From positions 1 to 36,266 of the IMG/VR virus record IMGVR_UViG_3300047669_001621: a stretch of 36,266 bases of DNA, one strand, 5' to 3'. The DNA comes from a virus. Lineage: Duplodnaviria; Caudoviricetes. The notes under the pieces were generated by a model. The model made no database searches, was not told the origin of the DNA, and saw only the letters and a program-made list of their open reading frames with translations. This document shows, in pieces, positions 1 to 9,268 of this stretch (the stretch's first letter is position 1; every line of letters starts with the position of its first letter). A program made the translations under genes and the position numbers.

Positions 1-2
1 AG

Positions 3-3000
3 GGTATCCTGAAGACGCTTCACCCGAGGGAGCGGGAGCTTCACCGACGCTTAGGTGTCGGGTATAACTTCAACGCCTCGCCAGGAGAAAAGTATTTCAT
101 TATGGAGAAGACGAAGGAAGGGTGGGCGGCGAGGGAGGCCTTCTTTTCCTTGGCGGCGACGGATGAGAACAGGAAGGATATAGCTGAGGCCAAGTGGTGG
201 AACAAGGCATACCTAGCGGAGCAGGCACACCAAGGAAAACAGGACGAGCCTTTCAATAAGGTCATAGCCGACATTCTGGTAGGACTTAATAAGGCAGTGG
301 TTCATCGGGAGTACCAAACCATACACATGAATGTTCTCGACCGAAACCTATCCACGCTGGAGCAGCGGTGGCGGGCGATGGGGCAGTCGGGAGTTCAGGT
401 TTCAAGAATGATTGCCCAGTTCAGGAGAATACAAACGCAACACAAGAACGAATCCCTAAAGCTTGCCGGCATTTGGGATGGTGCATTCAGTGAAGCCACG
501 CTCGCCAGCGGCATGAGTCGGGACATCTTCAAGGAGATGGTGTATGACACTGGAATATACTGGATAGAAAATATGCCCGAGCATGCCGCCGACCCCGACA
601 CCCTCTATCGACAGGTGTTTGGGGAGATACAAGAGCTTCATCGGTCAATGGGCAAGACAGCCTCCCCTGAATTAGAGAAGACCCTTCGCAAATTATGGGA
701 AGCAACGGAAGCCTGTAATACTTTCGAGGACAATATCGCAACCGCCAACAACGTGTTGGTCGAAGACCCGTCGGTTCAGTGGTCGAACCCTCTTACAGGG
801 AAAAGGGAAAACTTAATGCGAAGGAGGATAAAGTATGGCAGGGTTACCGTACCCAGGATGCTAAGGGGAGAGGTACTCTCGACTATCAATAGCATTATGA
901 GGGAGGCCGGCTGGAAGGACGACGCCGTTTGGGCCGAGCTGGGCAGGTTAGGCGCAACAACCGTAGAGACCGACGCAGCTTTTCAGGGTATTGTCGCTCT
1001 CGCCGAGGGCATAATGCCGGACATGATCAAGAGAGTGTTCCTCGATCCCCTGCTTAACAAGCCGGGCGATCCTATATTCACGAGTTCCCTAACTCGAGGC
1101 ACTAAGGTTCGTCAACCAATCCCGCAGGACGAGATAGCTTCGGTCTGGAATGAATCGAAGGGGAATCTGGGCGTACTCATCCGGGAGCTGTATCTTAATC
1201 AAGACAACCCGACGGAGGAGCTGAATCAATTTGCTGAGCGATTCGTGAAGAGACTTCGGAATGTGTACGAGATGGCGGCGGCGATAGCCGGCAAGGTTGA
1301 CACTGACCCGCTCAACCCCAACGGCAGGCACCCCCACCGCATGATGGACGCCAGAACCAATACGATTTTCCCTAGAGAGTGGTTGCAGTATGACACCTAC
1401 ACTAAGGTTGACGCAGGTATTCACATAGCAAAGTTAGCTGCCGTAGCGGCATTCGGAAGAGATAGCTCAACCCTTAGTGCCGTGTCGAATAACGCCAAGT
1501 CGGAGGTAAGGCTCAATAAGGGGAGCGTCGGGGAGTACACGACCGACCCCATATATAAATCTCTTACGACAGACAAGGAGCGTAAAAGCTTTTTGGTGGC
1601 TCGCGTTGGCAAGGAGGGAATGAAGCGGGCTATGCAAGTGGAGCGTAACGTCGAAGAGGTAACCGACCTGCAAACGGATATGAGAAATCTATTCATGGCC
1701 CCCGGAGGTGGCTTCAAGGACATGAGGCCCGTGGAGGAGGCTATCGGATTCAATGCAAGCCTCATATTGCGTACCCCTAAGTCCGGATTATGGAGCATAC
1801 TCTCGGGCATGGATTACACCCAGAGGTTGGGCTTCGGTAGCATGGCCGCCAAGACGAGTGGGAAATTTATATACAGATCCATACAGGAAGCGTTCGGATC
1901 TATCTTTGGGTCGGACGGATTGGGCTGGCTTAATCTCCGAGCCAACGAAACCTCTATGGTTATGAACGACCTAAGGGGGATGCCGGGGCAGCATGACCTC
2001 ACCTACAGGCAGTTGATGTCGAACAATGGAGTCAAGGGTGCGGGATCAGGCGCCATCAAGTTCTTTAGGGGGGCGGACGGACTACTGGATCGGTCGATCA
2101 AGGGTTACTTCGGTAAGCATAAGGACGCTGGGGCCAGTGGGTACACGCCATTCACGCCATTCTCCCCGTTCTCTTGGCTAAATAATATATTCGGGAAGGC
2201 CATCGCGGGGTCGATGATGGACAACTGGAGATACGTAATGCGTCGAGCCATTAGGTTGGCCGAGAAGAACCCCGCAGTTATGACCGACCCCAACTTTAAG
2301 ATAACCCTTGGCAACCTTGGCCTAAAGAATGGGTTGCTTGGGGGAAATGAACGAGCCTTGGAGTATATGTCGGACGCTTGGGCTGAGCGAACCGGAGAGT
2401 CCCTACTTGATTTTGTTCAGAGAGTACATGAAAGAGTCACCTCCGGTAAGGAGATGTTCTCCAAAGGCGACTACCTCACCATGTACCAGATGTCAATGGA
2501 TGACATCAACCTGGAGGGCGGGATCGGATCAACTCCCATATCTTATCGGACCAACGGGATACTGCGAGCGGCCTCTCCGTTGCTGCGCTGGGCTACCGCA
2601 AAGTCCAACGCAGTACACAAGTCCGTTCAGACGCAAGAGGGTAGGTACACCATCAACTCCGTACTCAAGGGGATTGCGGGAATAAGCGCCGTCACCATGC
2701 CTATCGGCATTGCGGCATCCCTATTGATGGATGAGTATGACGAGGAAATACTTGGCAAGAAGAGCAACCTTCGCGAAGTGGACCCAGTTAATCTTTTCCC
2801 CGGCTTCGCCATGTACGGGATGCTGACCAACCGAGATGGGCAGGGCCTTGGTATACTTGAGAGGCTTGCTCGTGCCGGCAACACCTACGGGCTGGGGATG
2901 GAAGCTATCTATGGCATGCTGGCGTGGACCGATCCATCGCAAGGCCAGCGTTCCCTAGGGATCGATCGAGTCCTTATGTACTCCCAGCTATCTAACTTCA

Positions 3001-3635
3001 GGGACGCCTTCGTAAACATCATGCACTCGGGGTGGTATATAAACTATGAAGACGGCAAGCGTCTCTTCGACGTCATGCTAGGGCAGGCCCCGGCACACTT
3101 GGCCCAGACAGTGAACAATACGCTATACCCAGTGCATGAAGGGGAGAGGCGGAGAGTGAAGAGGGTGGACGCATACAACTACATACGCTCAGCCGGCAGG
3201 GCGGCGGGGCTGCCGCTGGACAAGGGGGGAGTAACCTCCTCACCTACTCCGCTGACCGCTCGCATTAGGCAGCTGATGCTAACGGCATACGGAGATGACC
3301 CCGAGGAGTTTAACACCGTACTGCAGGGTGCCATGGAGGCTGCCGCCGTGGACTTTGATGGCGATCCCATGGACAGGATCATAAGATCATGGAAGGCTCG
3401 CGATCCACTGGACTTGTTCACCCATAAGCTGGACGAGGCGGAGATGGCGCTACTACTCTCTCACATGACATCCCGAGGCAGGGAGAATGTAATGGACTTG
3501 ATCCGACTGCACGATAAGTATCTCAGGTATCTCGAACCTAACCCTAAGAGACGCGGTGGTGGCGGAAGCTCAATGAGGTTCAGTCAGCCCGACTACTCTA
3601 GCCAAGCAACAAGACTAAAAATGATGGGACTATGA
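3..3635 (+). CDS. Very large virion-associated (internal/ejection-type) protein, 5'-truncated
   Basis: Frame is open from base 3 to the ATG at 102, so the gene starts before the window. >1200 aa, helical, with Gly/Ala-rich hydrophobic segments near the C-terminus, just before lysis-like genes. Function inferred from size and position only. Confidence 0.6.
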   Translation, partial: GILKTLHPRERELHRRLGVGYNFNASPGEKYFIMEKTKEGWAAREAFFSLAATDENRKDIAEAKWWNKAYLAEQAHQGKQDEPFNKVIADILVGLNKAVVHREYQTIHMNVLDRNLSTLEQRWRAMGQSGVQVSRMIAQFRRIQTQHKNESLKLAGIWDGAFSEATLASGMSRDIFKEMVYDTGIYWIENMPEHAADPDTLYRQVFGEIQELHRSMGKTASPELEKTLRKLWEATEACNTFEDNIATANNVLVEDPSVQWSNPLTGKRENLMRRRIKYGRVTVPRMLRGEVLSTINSIMREAGWKDDAVWAELGRLGATTVETDAAFQGIVALAEGIMPDMIKRVFLDPLLNKPGDPIFTSSLTRGTKVRQPIPQDEIASVWNESKGNLGVLIRELYLNQDNPTEELNQFAERFVKRLRNVYEMAAAIAGKVDTDPLNPNGRHPHRMMDARTNTIFPREWLQYDTYTKVDAGIHIAKLAAVAAFGRDSSTLSAVSNNAKSEVRLNKGSVGEYTTDPIYKSLTTDKERKSFLVARVGKEGMKRAMQVERNVEEVTDLQTDMRNLFMAPGGGFKDMRPVEEAIGFNASLILRTPKSGLWSILSGMDYTQRLGFGSMAAKTSGKFIYRSIQEAFGSIFGSDGLGWLNLRANETSMVMNDLRGMPGQHDLTYRQLMSNNGVKGAGSGAIKFFRGADGLLDRSIKGYFGKHKDAGASGYTPFTPFSPFSWLNNIFGKAIAGSMMDNWRYVMRRAIRLAEKNPAVMTDPNFKITLGNLGLKNGLLGGNERALEYMSDAWAERTGESLLDFVQRVHERVTSGKEMFSKGDYLTMYQMSMDDINLEGGIGSTPISYRTNGILRAASPLLRWATAKSNAVHKSVQTQEGRYTINSVLKGIAGISAVTMPIGIAASLLMDEYDEEILGKKSNLREVDPVNLFPGFAMYGMLTNRDGQGLGILERLARAGNTYGLGMEAIYGMLAWTDPSQGQRSLGIDRVLMYSQLSNFRDAFVNIMHSGWYINYEDGKRLFDVMLGQAPAHLAQTVNNTLYPVHEGERRRVKRVDAYNYIRSAGRAAGLPLDKGGVTSSPTPLTARIRQLMLTAYGDDPEEFNTVLQGAMEAAAVDFDGDPMDRIIRSWKARDPLDLFTHKLDEAEMALLLSHMTSRGRENVMDLIRLHDKYLRYLEPNPKRRGGGGSSMRFSQPDYSSQATRLKMMGL

Positions 3636-3835
3636 ACGAAATAAAAGAATCTAAAGGACTAAACGATTTGATCGCCGCAATTAATGGACTGGACGTAAAG
3701 CTACAGGAAGTAAAACTTCCGGAGTTCGCGCTACTGAAGGAGAGAATGGACAGCATTGGCCAGAAGAAGGATGCCTTAATGGAAAAGATATCAGAGGCAA
3801 GAGGCGTGCTTACGGAGAAGCTCAATGAGGAGTAG
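3632..3835 (+). CDS. Hypothetical coiled-coil protein (67 aa)
   Basis: ATGA overlap with upstream stop; heptad Leu/Ile pattern. Confidence 0.75.
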   Translation: MNEIKESKGLNDLIAAINGLDVKLQEVKLPEFALLKERMDSIGQKKDALMEKISEARGVLTEKLNEE

Positions 3836-4253
3836 TTGTCTGCTGCTATCTGCTATCTGCCTATCTTCCTGTAGTCTCAAGAAGTTCTACCCACTTGGAG
3901 GGGCCGTGGTCGGCGGATCGGCGGGATCAATTGGCGGGCCGATATCGGCTGGCCTGGGTGCAGGGGCGGGCTGGACGGTGGGCGAATTAGCCAAGGGTGA
4001 CGCCGACCTAAAGCAAGCGCAGCAAACAATCAAGGCCCTGACCACGGGAGACGTGGATGCCTTAGTTCAGAAGAGGTTGGAGGACGCTAAGAATAACGGC
4101 TTCTTCGATGGGATACTTGATGAAGTTTATGGACTGCTGAAGATATGCGTGATAGGATTGTCTGCGTGGGTAGTTATTCCTCTGTTATACACGAGGCACG
4201 TACATAAAAAACAAAAGGAAAAAGATGAGTCTGATTTACAACACGATAGCTAA
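3825..4253 (+). CDS. Lipoprotein with glycine zipper and C-terminal TM helix (unimolecular-spanin-like topology)
   Basis: Signal ending LSSC (lipobox-like), GGAVVGGSAGSIGGPISAGLGAGAGW glycine zipper, hydrophobic ICVIGLSAWVVIPLLY followed by a basic tail. Confidence 0.55.
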   Translation: MRSSCLLLSAICLSSCSLKKFYPLGGAVVGGSAGSIGGPISAGLGAGAGWTVGELAKGDADLKQAQQTIKALTTGDVDALVQKRLEDAKNNGFFDGILDEVYGLLKICVIGLSAWVVIPLLYTRHVHKKQKEKDESDLQHDS

Positions 4254-4344
4254 GTATAAGTTGCTTAGCAAAAGGCAAAAGCTATTCGCGGTGTCCGTGG
4301 CCACGGTCGCAACGCTCGCCCTACTGCAGTGGCTTAGTGGATGA
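4225..4344 (+). CDS. 39-aa membrane peptide (holin-like candidate), not in ORF track
   Basis: MSLIYNTIAKYKLLSKRQKLFAVSVATVATLALLQWLSG; AAGGA upstream; stop overlaps next start (ATGA). Confidence 0.65.
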   Translation: MSLIYNTIAKYKLLSKRQKLFAVSVATVATLALLQWLSG

Positions 4345-4574
4345 TGGAACTTAACTCATACATATTTCTGGGTGTGGGTGTCGCTATATCCGTACTCGGC
4401 TTCTTTCTCAAGAAGGAAGCCAGGAAGACGCACGAGATGGACACCCGACTACAAGGGGTGGAGGTTAAGCTTGCCAAGAACGAGGCTCGCGATGATGAGA
4501 GATGGAACCAGACGGAGAAGCTCCTTGAAGATCGCCGAGATGATGTTAGAAAACTTTACGACTTGATGAAATGA
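4341..4574 (+). CDS. Small membrane protein, N-terminal TM plus coiled coil (holin-like candidate)
   Basis: YIFLGVGVAISVLGFFL TM followed by KKE and a charged coiled coil; Met-Met start. Confidence 0.6.
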   Translation: MMELNSYIFLGVGVAISVLGFFLKKEARKTHEMDTRLQGVEVKLAKNEARDDERWNQTEKLLEDRRDDVRKLYDLMK

Positions 4575-4580
4575 ATTTGT

Positions 4581-4651
4581 GGGGGGGTAGCGTTTGGGGT
4601 AGCGCATAGCACGACCTCGCGGCTCGTGCTTACCCCCCCCTTTCTTTTGTT
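4581..4651 (+). terminator. Intrinsic terminator-like hairpin
   Basis: GGGGGGGTA (4581) can pair with TACCCCCCCC (4631-4640); inner stem AGCACGA/TCGTGCT; followed by TTTCTTTTGTT. Confidence 0.6.
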
Positions 4652-5242
4652 ATGGGAAACTTTATAAACCAGTTCAAGGTAAACGGCACGTGTTGCGAGT
4701 GCGAGTGCGAGAAGAGAGAGGGGCCTTGCGATTGCTGTGACTGCTGTCCTGACGAGGTACTCCCCGTAGAGGTGTGCGTGTACTGCGTTAAGACCGAAAC
4801 CAAATCAAACGCTTCGGGCTGCTGCACTCAAAGCTATGTATACTGCGATGATGTGCAAAAGTTAACTCTTGTGGATGGCACGTGCGATTATATAACCGCA
4901 GCAGGAGTCAAGGTTCTTGAGTATGACTCCGTTGCAGGGTTTTGGAAGGGAACGTTTTGCACCGCCGCAGGAGAGTGGCCGGCAGTTGGAGGATGCGAAC
5001 ACATATCAGGCAAGTACTACAACGCTCTCGGTGGCTGGACCGGAGGCGTAGTAACCGATGGCGTCCTGCCAGCTGAGGAATGGCAAGCGGATTGCGTATG
5101 CCAGATTGGCGACGACAACCCCTACCTGCCCGGACATCAATGTGAAGAAGGTGATGACGATCCTTGTTGCGACGAGGCAAATCAAATCTGCCCTGAAAGC
5201 GAAGGCGTCGCCTTCGTCCCGGCCAATGGGGTTTGCCCGTGA
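4652..5242 (+). CDS. Cys-rich acidic protein (196 aa, about 24 Cys)
   Basis: CCECEC, CDCCDCC, CC and CxC clusters; stop overlaps next GTG (GTGA). Confidence 0.75.
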   Translation: MGNFINQFKVNGTCCECECEKREGPCDCCDCCPDEVLPVEVCVYCVKTETKSNASGCCTQSYVYCDDVQKLTLVDGTCDYITAAGVKVLEYDSVAGFWKGTFCTAAGEWPAVGGCEHISGKYYNALGGWTGGVVTDGVLPAEEWQADCVCQIGDDNPYLPGHQCEEGDDDPCCDEANQICPESEGVAFVPANGVCP

Positions 5243-5427
5243 GTGGGCCGAAGGATCACTGGGAGCAGGTTGACGCTTTTGCCTTTGAGATACAGGAAAA
5301 GATTCACTACTACAAGGAAGAGTTTGACATACCAATGGAAAGCATGGTTGGGGTATTGGAGATGGCCAAGCATGACCTGATAAACAACTCCCCGGATATT
5401 ATATTTGAAGAAGATGACGGAGATTAA
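5239..5427 (+). CDS. Hypothetical acidic protein
   Basis: GTG at 5239 overlaps upstream TGA; plausible helical protein. Confidence 0.7.
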   Translation: MSGPKDHWEQVDAFAFEIQEKIHYYKEEFDIPMESMVGVLEMAKHDLINNSPDIIFEEDDGD

Positions 5428-5608
5428 GTGCCATAGGTTTACAGTTACCGTGACTGGCGAGAGGGAGATAAACATAAACCTTTCGGGTGAGGCATGGGAG
5501 GTCAGCTACGACAGTGGCGAGCCGGCCGGAATAATCTATCAGAAGTTCGATGGGCTGGAGGAGGCGGTTACCCATGCTCGAAAGCTCGCGGGAAGTAAAG
5601 TCGTTTAG
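5414..5608 (+). CDS. Hypothetical protein
   Basis: ATG 5414 overlaps the upstream gene end; fills the gap in the operon. Confidence 0.6.
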   Translation: MTEIKCHRFTVTVTGEREININLSGEAWEVSYDSGEPAGIIYQKFDGLEEAVTHARKLAGSKVV

Positions 5609-6377
5609 TGCGGTAGCCACCGCCCCCTGCCATAAGGAGGCTGCCCTAATGGTGTATAGCATCAGGCAGTTCTACCAATGCCCGATACTAATCATCACCG
5701 ACGAGGAGACTCAAGCCTACCTTAGGCAGTTTAATTTTGAGGACGTGGTCTGCAGGCCGGAAGCAACGAAGGATCACTTGGCCGATGCCGAAAAAGCGAT
5801 CAGCCACGTCAAGAAGCAGAATACTTTTCACAATAGGGGTGCTATATATAAAAAGATGGATGCGATTGACTGGGGAGTGTCCGACTGCGGGAACACCATG
5901 TTCCTTGACGCCGACATAACTCTCGTTAGGTCTATACATCGAAGCATAACTCACCCCGTTATGCTTTCACCGCACCACCACACGCCTAATAGGCAGAAAG
6001 AAAACCACAAGTACGGAGGGTTCAACGCCGGATATGTGTTTACGTCGGAGCCTTCCCTGGCCGACTACTGGCGCGAGATATACTTGCACCGCTCTTCCTT
6101 CTATGAGCAGCAGGGCATGGCCTTGCTGTTTGAGGACTTCGACGTAGGTAAGTTTGATAAATTCCACAACATAGGGTTCTGGAGAAACACCGACCCCCAG
6201 ATACCAGAGCTTCCGTTCAGCTTTGGACTCACCCGATCACTGCACTGCCACTTCGATAAGGCTGCATACAGAAATGCGGACGACGGGTTGAAGACGGCAT
6301 ACGACAAATGGAATTTATTTTGGCGACGACAGTTGCCACCGAAACTTAATAGCTTCATAAAGGACGTAGGGATGTGA
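5574..6377 (+). CDS. GT-A glycosyltransferase (GT8/nucleotide-diphospho-sugar transferase-like)
   Basis: MFLDADI DxD motif, GGFNAGYVF, FYEQQGM, LHCHF; GGAGGAGG SD before ATG 5574. Confidence 0.8.
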   Translation: MLESSREVKSFSAVATAPCHKEAALMVYSIRQFYQCPILIITDEETQAYLRQFNFEDVVCRPEATKDHLADAEKAISHVKKQNTFHNRGAIYKKMDAIDWGVSDCGNTMFLDADITLVRSIHRSITHPVMLSPHHHTPNRQKENHKYGGFNAGYVFTSEPSLADYWREIYLHRSSFYEQQGMALLFEDFDVGKFDKFHNIGFWRNTDPQIPELPFSFGLTRSLHCHFDKAAYRNADDGLKTAYDKWNLFWRRQLPPKLNSFIKDVGM

Positions 6378-7138
6378 ACAACGCGACATTAGTGATAGCC
6401 CAGTTTGGAAATGGCTGGCCATACCTAGACCTGTGGCTATCCACCGTAGCTAGACAAGCTATGGATGTTTTGTTTTTTACCGATCACGATTTTGATGCTC
6501 CCCCAAATGTGAAGATACACAAATGCTCTATGGATGATATATTCGATAGGGCTGAAAAAACATATGGGCTAAAGTTTCAAGCCAGATACCCATACAAGCT
6601 ATGCGACCTCAAGTCCTTCTATGGTAAACTTTTTGAGGATGAACTTAGGGACTATGAATACTGGGGGTATGGGGATTGTGATGTCGTATATGGTAAGCTT
6701 CCTGCATTTAGTGACCTTGAGCTGTACTGCGCGAAACACAAGCGTTCGGATATGGCACTCGTCGAAAGCAAAAAGCCAGTTGGTAGATGGTTCATACCCG
6801 GACATTTCGTGATGATGAGAAATGATGATCGTGGGAGAAGAATATTTGAACACCTTCCGACTGCTAAAGCCCTGCTTGAGGAAGACACGAATAACTATAT
6901 AGATGAATGGCTAGTGCCTACTGTCTTGATCCATGAATATGGGCTAGGGGCTGGAGGAATAAAGGCGCAGGACTATAGGTATATTAACCGTCGCCCGATA
7001 ACACTGAGTGACGGAGCCTTAAGTGTGGGCAGGGAAGAGCTTAACTACATTCATTGGTACACAGACAAGGACAGAGTGAAGACCCCCAAGTGGCGTGATA
7101 TACCAAGCACTTTTAATGTTAAGAATTACATGGTATAA
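6374..7138 (+). CDS. DUF6625-like putative glycosyltransferase-related protein
   Basis: QFG..WPYLDLWLST, YPYKLCDLKSFYG.LF, YEYWGYGDCDVVYG (DxD), GHF; this motif set is typical of the family found in polysaccharide loci. Confidence 0.7.
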   Translation: MNNATLVIAQFGNGWPYLDLWLSTVARQAMDVLFFTDHDFDAPPNVKIHKCSMDDIFDRAEKTYGLKFQARYPYKLCDLKSFYGKLFEDELRDYEYWGYGDCDVVYGKLPAFSDLELYCAKHKRSDMALVESKKPVGRWFIPGHFVMMRNDDRGRRIFEHLPTAKALLEEDTNNYIDEWLVPTVLIHEYGLGAGGIKAQDYRYINRRPITLSDGALSVGREELNYIHWYTDKDRVKTPKWRDIPSTFNVKNYMV

Positions 7139-7780
7139 ATGAAGCGGTTCACTATAGTTCTGAGTTGCGAGAAATATAAGAATCGCCGAGACAGGCAGGA
7201 CAAGACTCACCTTGGTGATTATAAATATTTTATCGGAGATTCAAGTTTGGTAACCAAGCCAATTTGTGACTCAAAGCCCAAAGAGGATGGGGATATCGTA
7301 TATCTTCCATGCCCAGATACCTATGAAGCTTTGGCCTCAAAGGTGGTGGGTGCGATAGAGTGGGCTTTGGAGAACAGAGAGTTTACTCATATCCTAAAAA
7401 CGGATGATGATGTTCGCGTTAATGAGAACATACTGGATTGCGATAGGGAGGCTGAAGCGCATGACTATAGCGGAATAGTATGCGAGGGTGGTGGAGGCTC
7501 TGGTTATCATCGAGGTCGATGCATGACGAATTATTACGTCAACATGAGACATGAATGGATTGGGCATGATCTGGCTTGGTGTAAGGGTGGAGCGTATTAT
7601 TTGTCTCGCAAGGCGTGTGAAATAATCGTGAACACCAAGTCCATGAGATACTGGAAGATACTTGAAGACGTAACGATTGCCGGTATACTCAAGCCCCATA
7701 AGATAACCCCGGTTCCACTTGGAGAAGGATGGTCGGTCGCGGGTAAAGGAACTTTAATATTAAAAGCGTGCAGATGGTAA
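7139..7780 (+). CDS. GT31-like (galactosyltransferase/Fringe) glycosyltransferase
   Basis: DTYEALASKV, HILKTDDDV, WCKGGAYYLSR and LEDVTIA motifs. Confidence 0.8.
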   Translation: MKRFTIVLSCEKYKNRRDRQDKTHLGDYKYFIGDSSLVTKPICDSKPKEDGDIVYLPCPDTYEALASKVVGAIEWALENREFTHILKTDDDVRVNENILDCDREAEAHDYSGIVCEGGGGSGYHRGRCMTNYYVNMRHEWIGHDLAWCKGGAYYLSRKACEIIVNTKSMRYWKILEDVTIAGILKPHKITPVPLGEGWSVAGKGTLILKACRW

Positions 7781-8316
7781 TGAAAATTATAGGAATAGGA
7801 CTACCAAGGACTGCGACAACATCATTGCATAGGGCATTTGAGATATTAGGTTATAAATCAAAACACAGTAATCACGTCATACACCCTGATGAGCAACAAT
7901 CATATAATGATTATGACTGCTTCTGTGATACGCCGTATTATTATTTATATAAAGAGATTGATAGAAAATTTCCTAATACAAAATTCATTCACACCCACAG
8001 AAGTCTTGATAATTGGTTGAATAGCTGGGAGAGGTTATACAATCAAGATGGCCCCGACTGGGTTGAGAATTGTCACTTACATAATGTAAAGTTCTTTGGT
8101 CAACGGAACTTTGATCGGCGAGTATGGACGGAAAAATATTATGAGCATCATAGTGATGTTGAAAAATATTTCAAAGACAGGGGGGCAGATTTATTAAGAA
8201 TCGACATAACGACCTGCGATGATAATTGGAAATTGATATGTGATTTTTTGAGCAAGAAAATTCCGACTGACAACTTTCCCAATATTGACCATCTCAAGGA
8301 TGAGCAATATACCTAA
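7768..8316 (+). CDS. PAPS-dependent sulfotransferase family protein
   Basis: KIIGIGLPRTATTSL 5'-PSB loop, FPNTKFIHTHR..DNWLNSW, W..ICDFL...P...FP. True start may be a few codons later. Confidence 0.85.
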   Translation: MQMVMKIIGIGLPRTATTSLHRAFEILGYKSKHSNHVIHPDEQQSYNDYDCFCDTPYYYLYKEIDRKFPNTKFIHTHRSLDNWLNSWERLYNQDGPDWVENCHLHNVKFFGQRNFDRRVWTEKYYEHHSDVEKYFKDRGADLLRIDITTCDDNWKLICDFLSKKIPTDNFPNIDHLKDEQYT

Positions 8317-8929
8317 AACAATACATTACTGTTGGTTTGGTAGGGGTAAAAAGAATTACCTTCTAAACAAATGTATAAAAACATTTAGTGATATTCATCC
8401 CGAATGGGAAATAAAAGAATGGAATGAAGATAACACGCCAATGAATCCCTATATCACAAGGGGTTTGCAAGAAAAAACTTGGGCGTCCGTTGCTGATTTT
8501 GTTCGTTTATATGCAATACATGAAGAGGGTGGCGTTTATTTGGATACAGATGTGGAAGTAGTTAAACCATTTGACAGTCTATTGAGTGACAACTTGTTCT
8601 TTGGTTTTGAATGTCGTGAGTGGATATGTAATGCCACATTAGGCGGAACTAAAGGAAATAACTTCATCAAGTTATGCATTGATACCTTCTTGAAAAAATT
8701 TGAGGAAACCCCGCCATCATTGGCATCTATATCGGGACCAGTTTTTCTCACTAATATGTTAAAAGAGCATTACGGTTTAGCGTATCATTGCAGTCCAACT
8801 GCATACCCTGATGGTATTAGGGCATATCCTGAAAAATTTTTCTATCCTTATTATTATACGGAAAAATTCACACCAGAATGTATAACCGATGACACGATCT
8901 CGATACATCATTGGGCAAAGTCATGGTAA
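8300..8929 (+). CDS. GT32 (OCH1-like) DxD glycosyltransferase
   Basis: IPKTIHYCWFG, ADFVRLYAIHEEGGVYLDTDVE, SGPVFLT, IHHWAKSW. Confidence 0.9.
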   Translation: MSNIPKTIHYCWFGRGKKNYLLNKCIKTFSDIHPEWEIKEWNEDNTPMNPYITRGLQEKTWASVADFVRLYAIHEEGGVYLDTDVEVVKPFDSLLSDNLFFGFECREWICNATLGGTKGNNFIKLCIDTFLKKFEETPPSLASISGPVFLTNMLKEHYGLAYHCSPTAYPDGIRAYPEKFFYPYYYTEKFTPECITDDTISIHHWAKSW

Positions 8930-8937
8930 AACGTGAG

Positions 8938-9075
8938 TCATCGGACTAACAACGGCTTCCCATTAAGTGATCGCCATGTCCGGGCTTCGAGCTTCTCCCT
9001 CAACTCTTTAGCAAGTGGTGTCTCCACCCATTTTATGGCTGACTTAACCTTCTTCTTTCTTGTTTTTTTTGTCAT
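8938..9075 (-). CDS. 45-aa basic peptide, not in ORF track
   Basis: MTKKTRKKKVKSAIKWVETPLAKELREKLEARTWRSLNGKPLLVR; AAGGA just upstream. Confidence 0.4.
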   Translation of the reverse strand: MTKKTRKKKVKSAIKWVETPLAKELREKLEARTWRSLNGKPLLVR

Positions 9076-9163
9076 GGTCCTTGGTTACGGATGCCCCATG
9101 CCGGGGCTTGGAAGGGTTGTAATAGATTAACGTGATTTGAAGTGAAGCGAACACCACAAAAAA

Positions 9164-9268
9164 ATGACTGAAGAGATACTACTGGAAATAAAAGAGGAGC
9201 TTGCCGCCATGAACCACCACCTGAATGAGTTGGTTAAGGCGGTCATCAAGTTAGCTGAAAAAAAATAA
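9164..9268 (+). CDS. 34-aa coiled-coil peptide, not in ORF track
   Basis: MTEEILLEIKEELAAMNHHLNELVKAVIKLAEKK; clean heptad pattern; followed at once by a hairpin. Confidence 0.5.
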   Translation: MTEEILLEIKEELAAMNHHLNELVKAVIKLAEKK

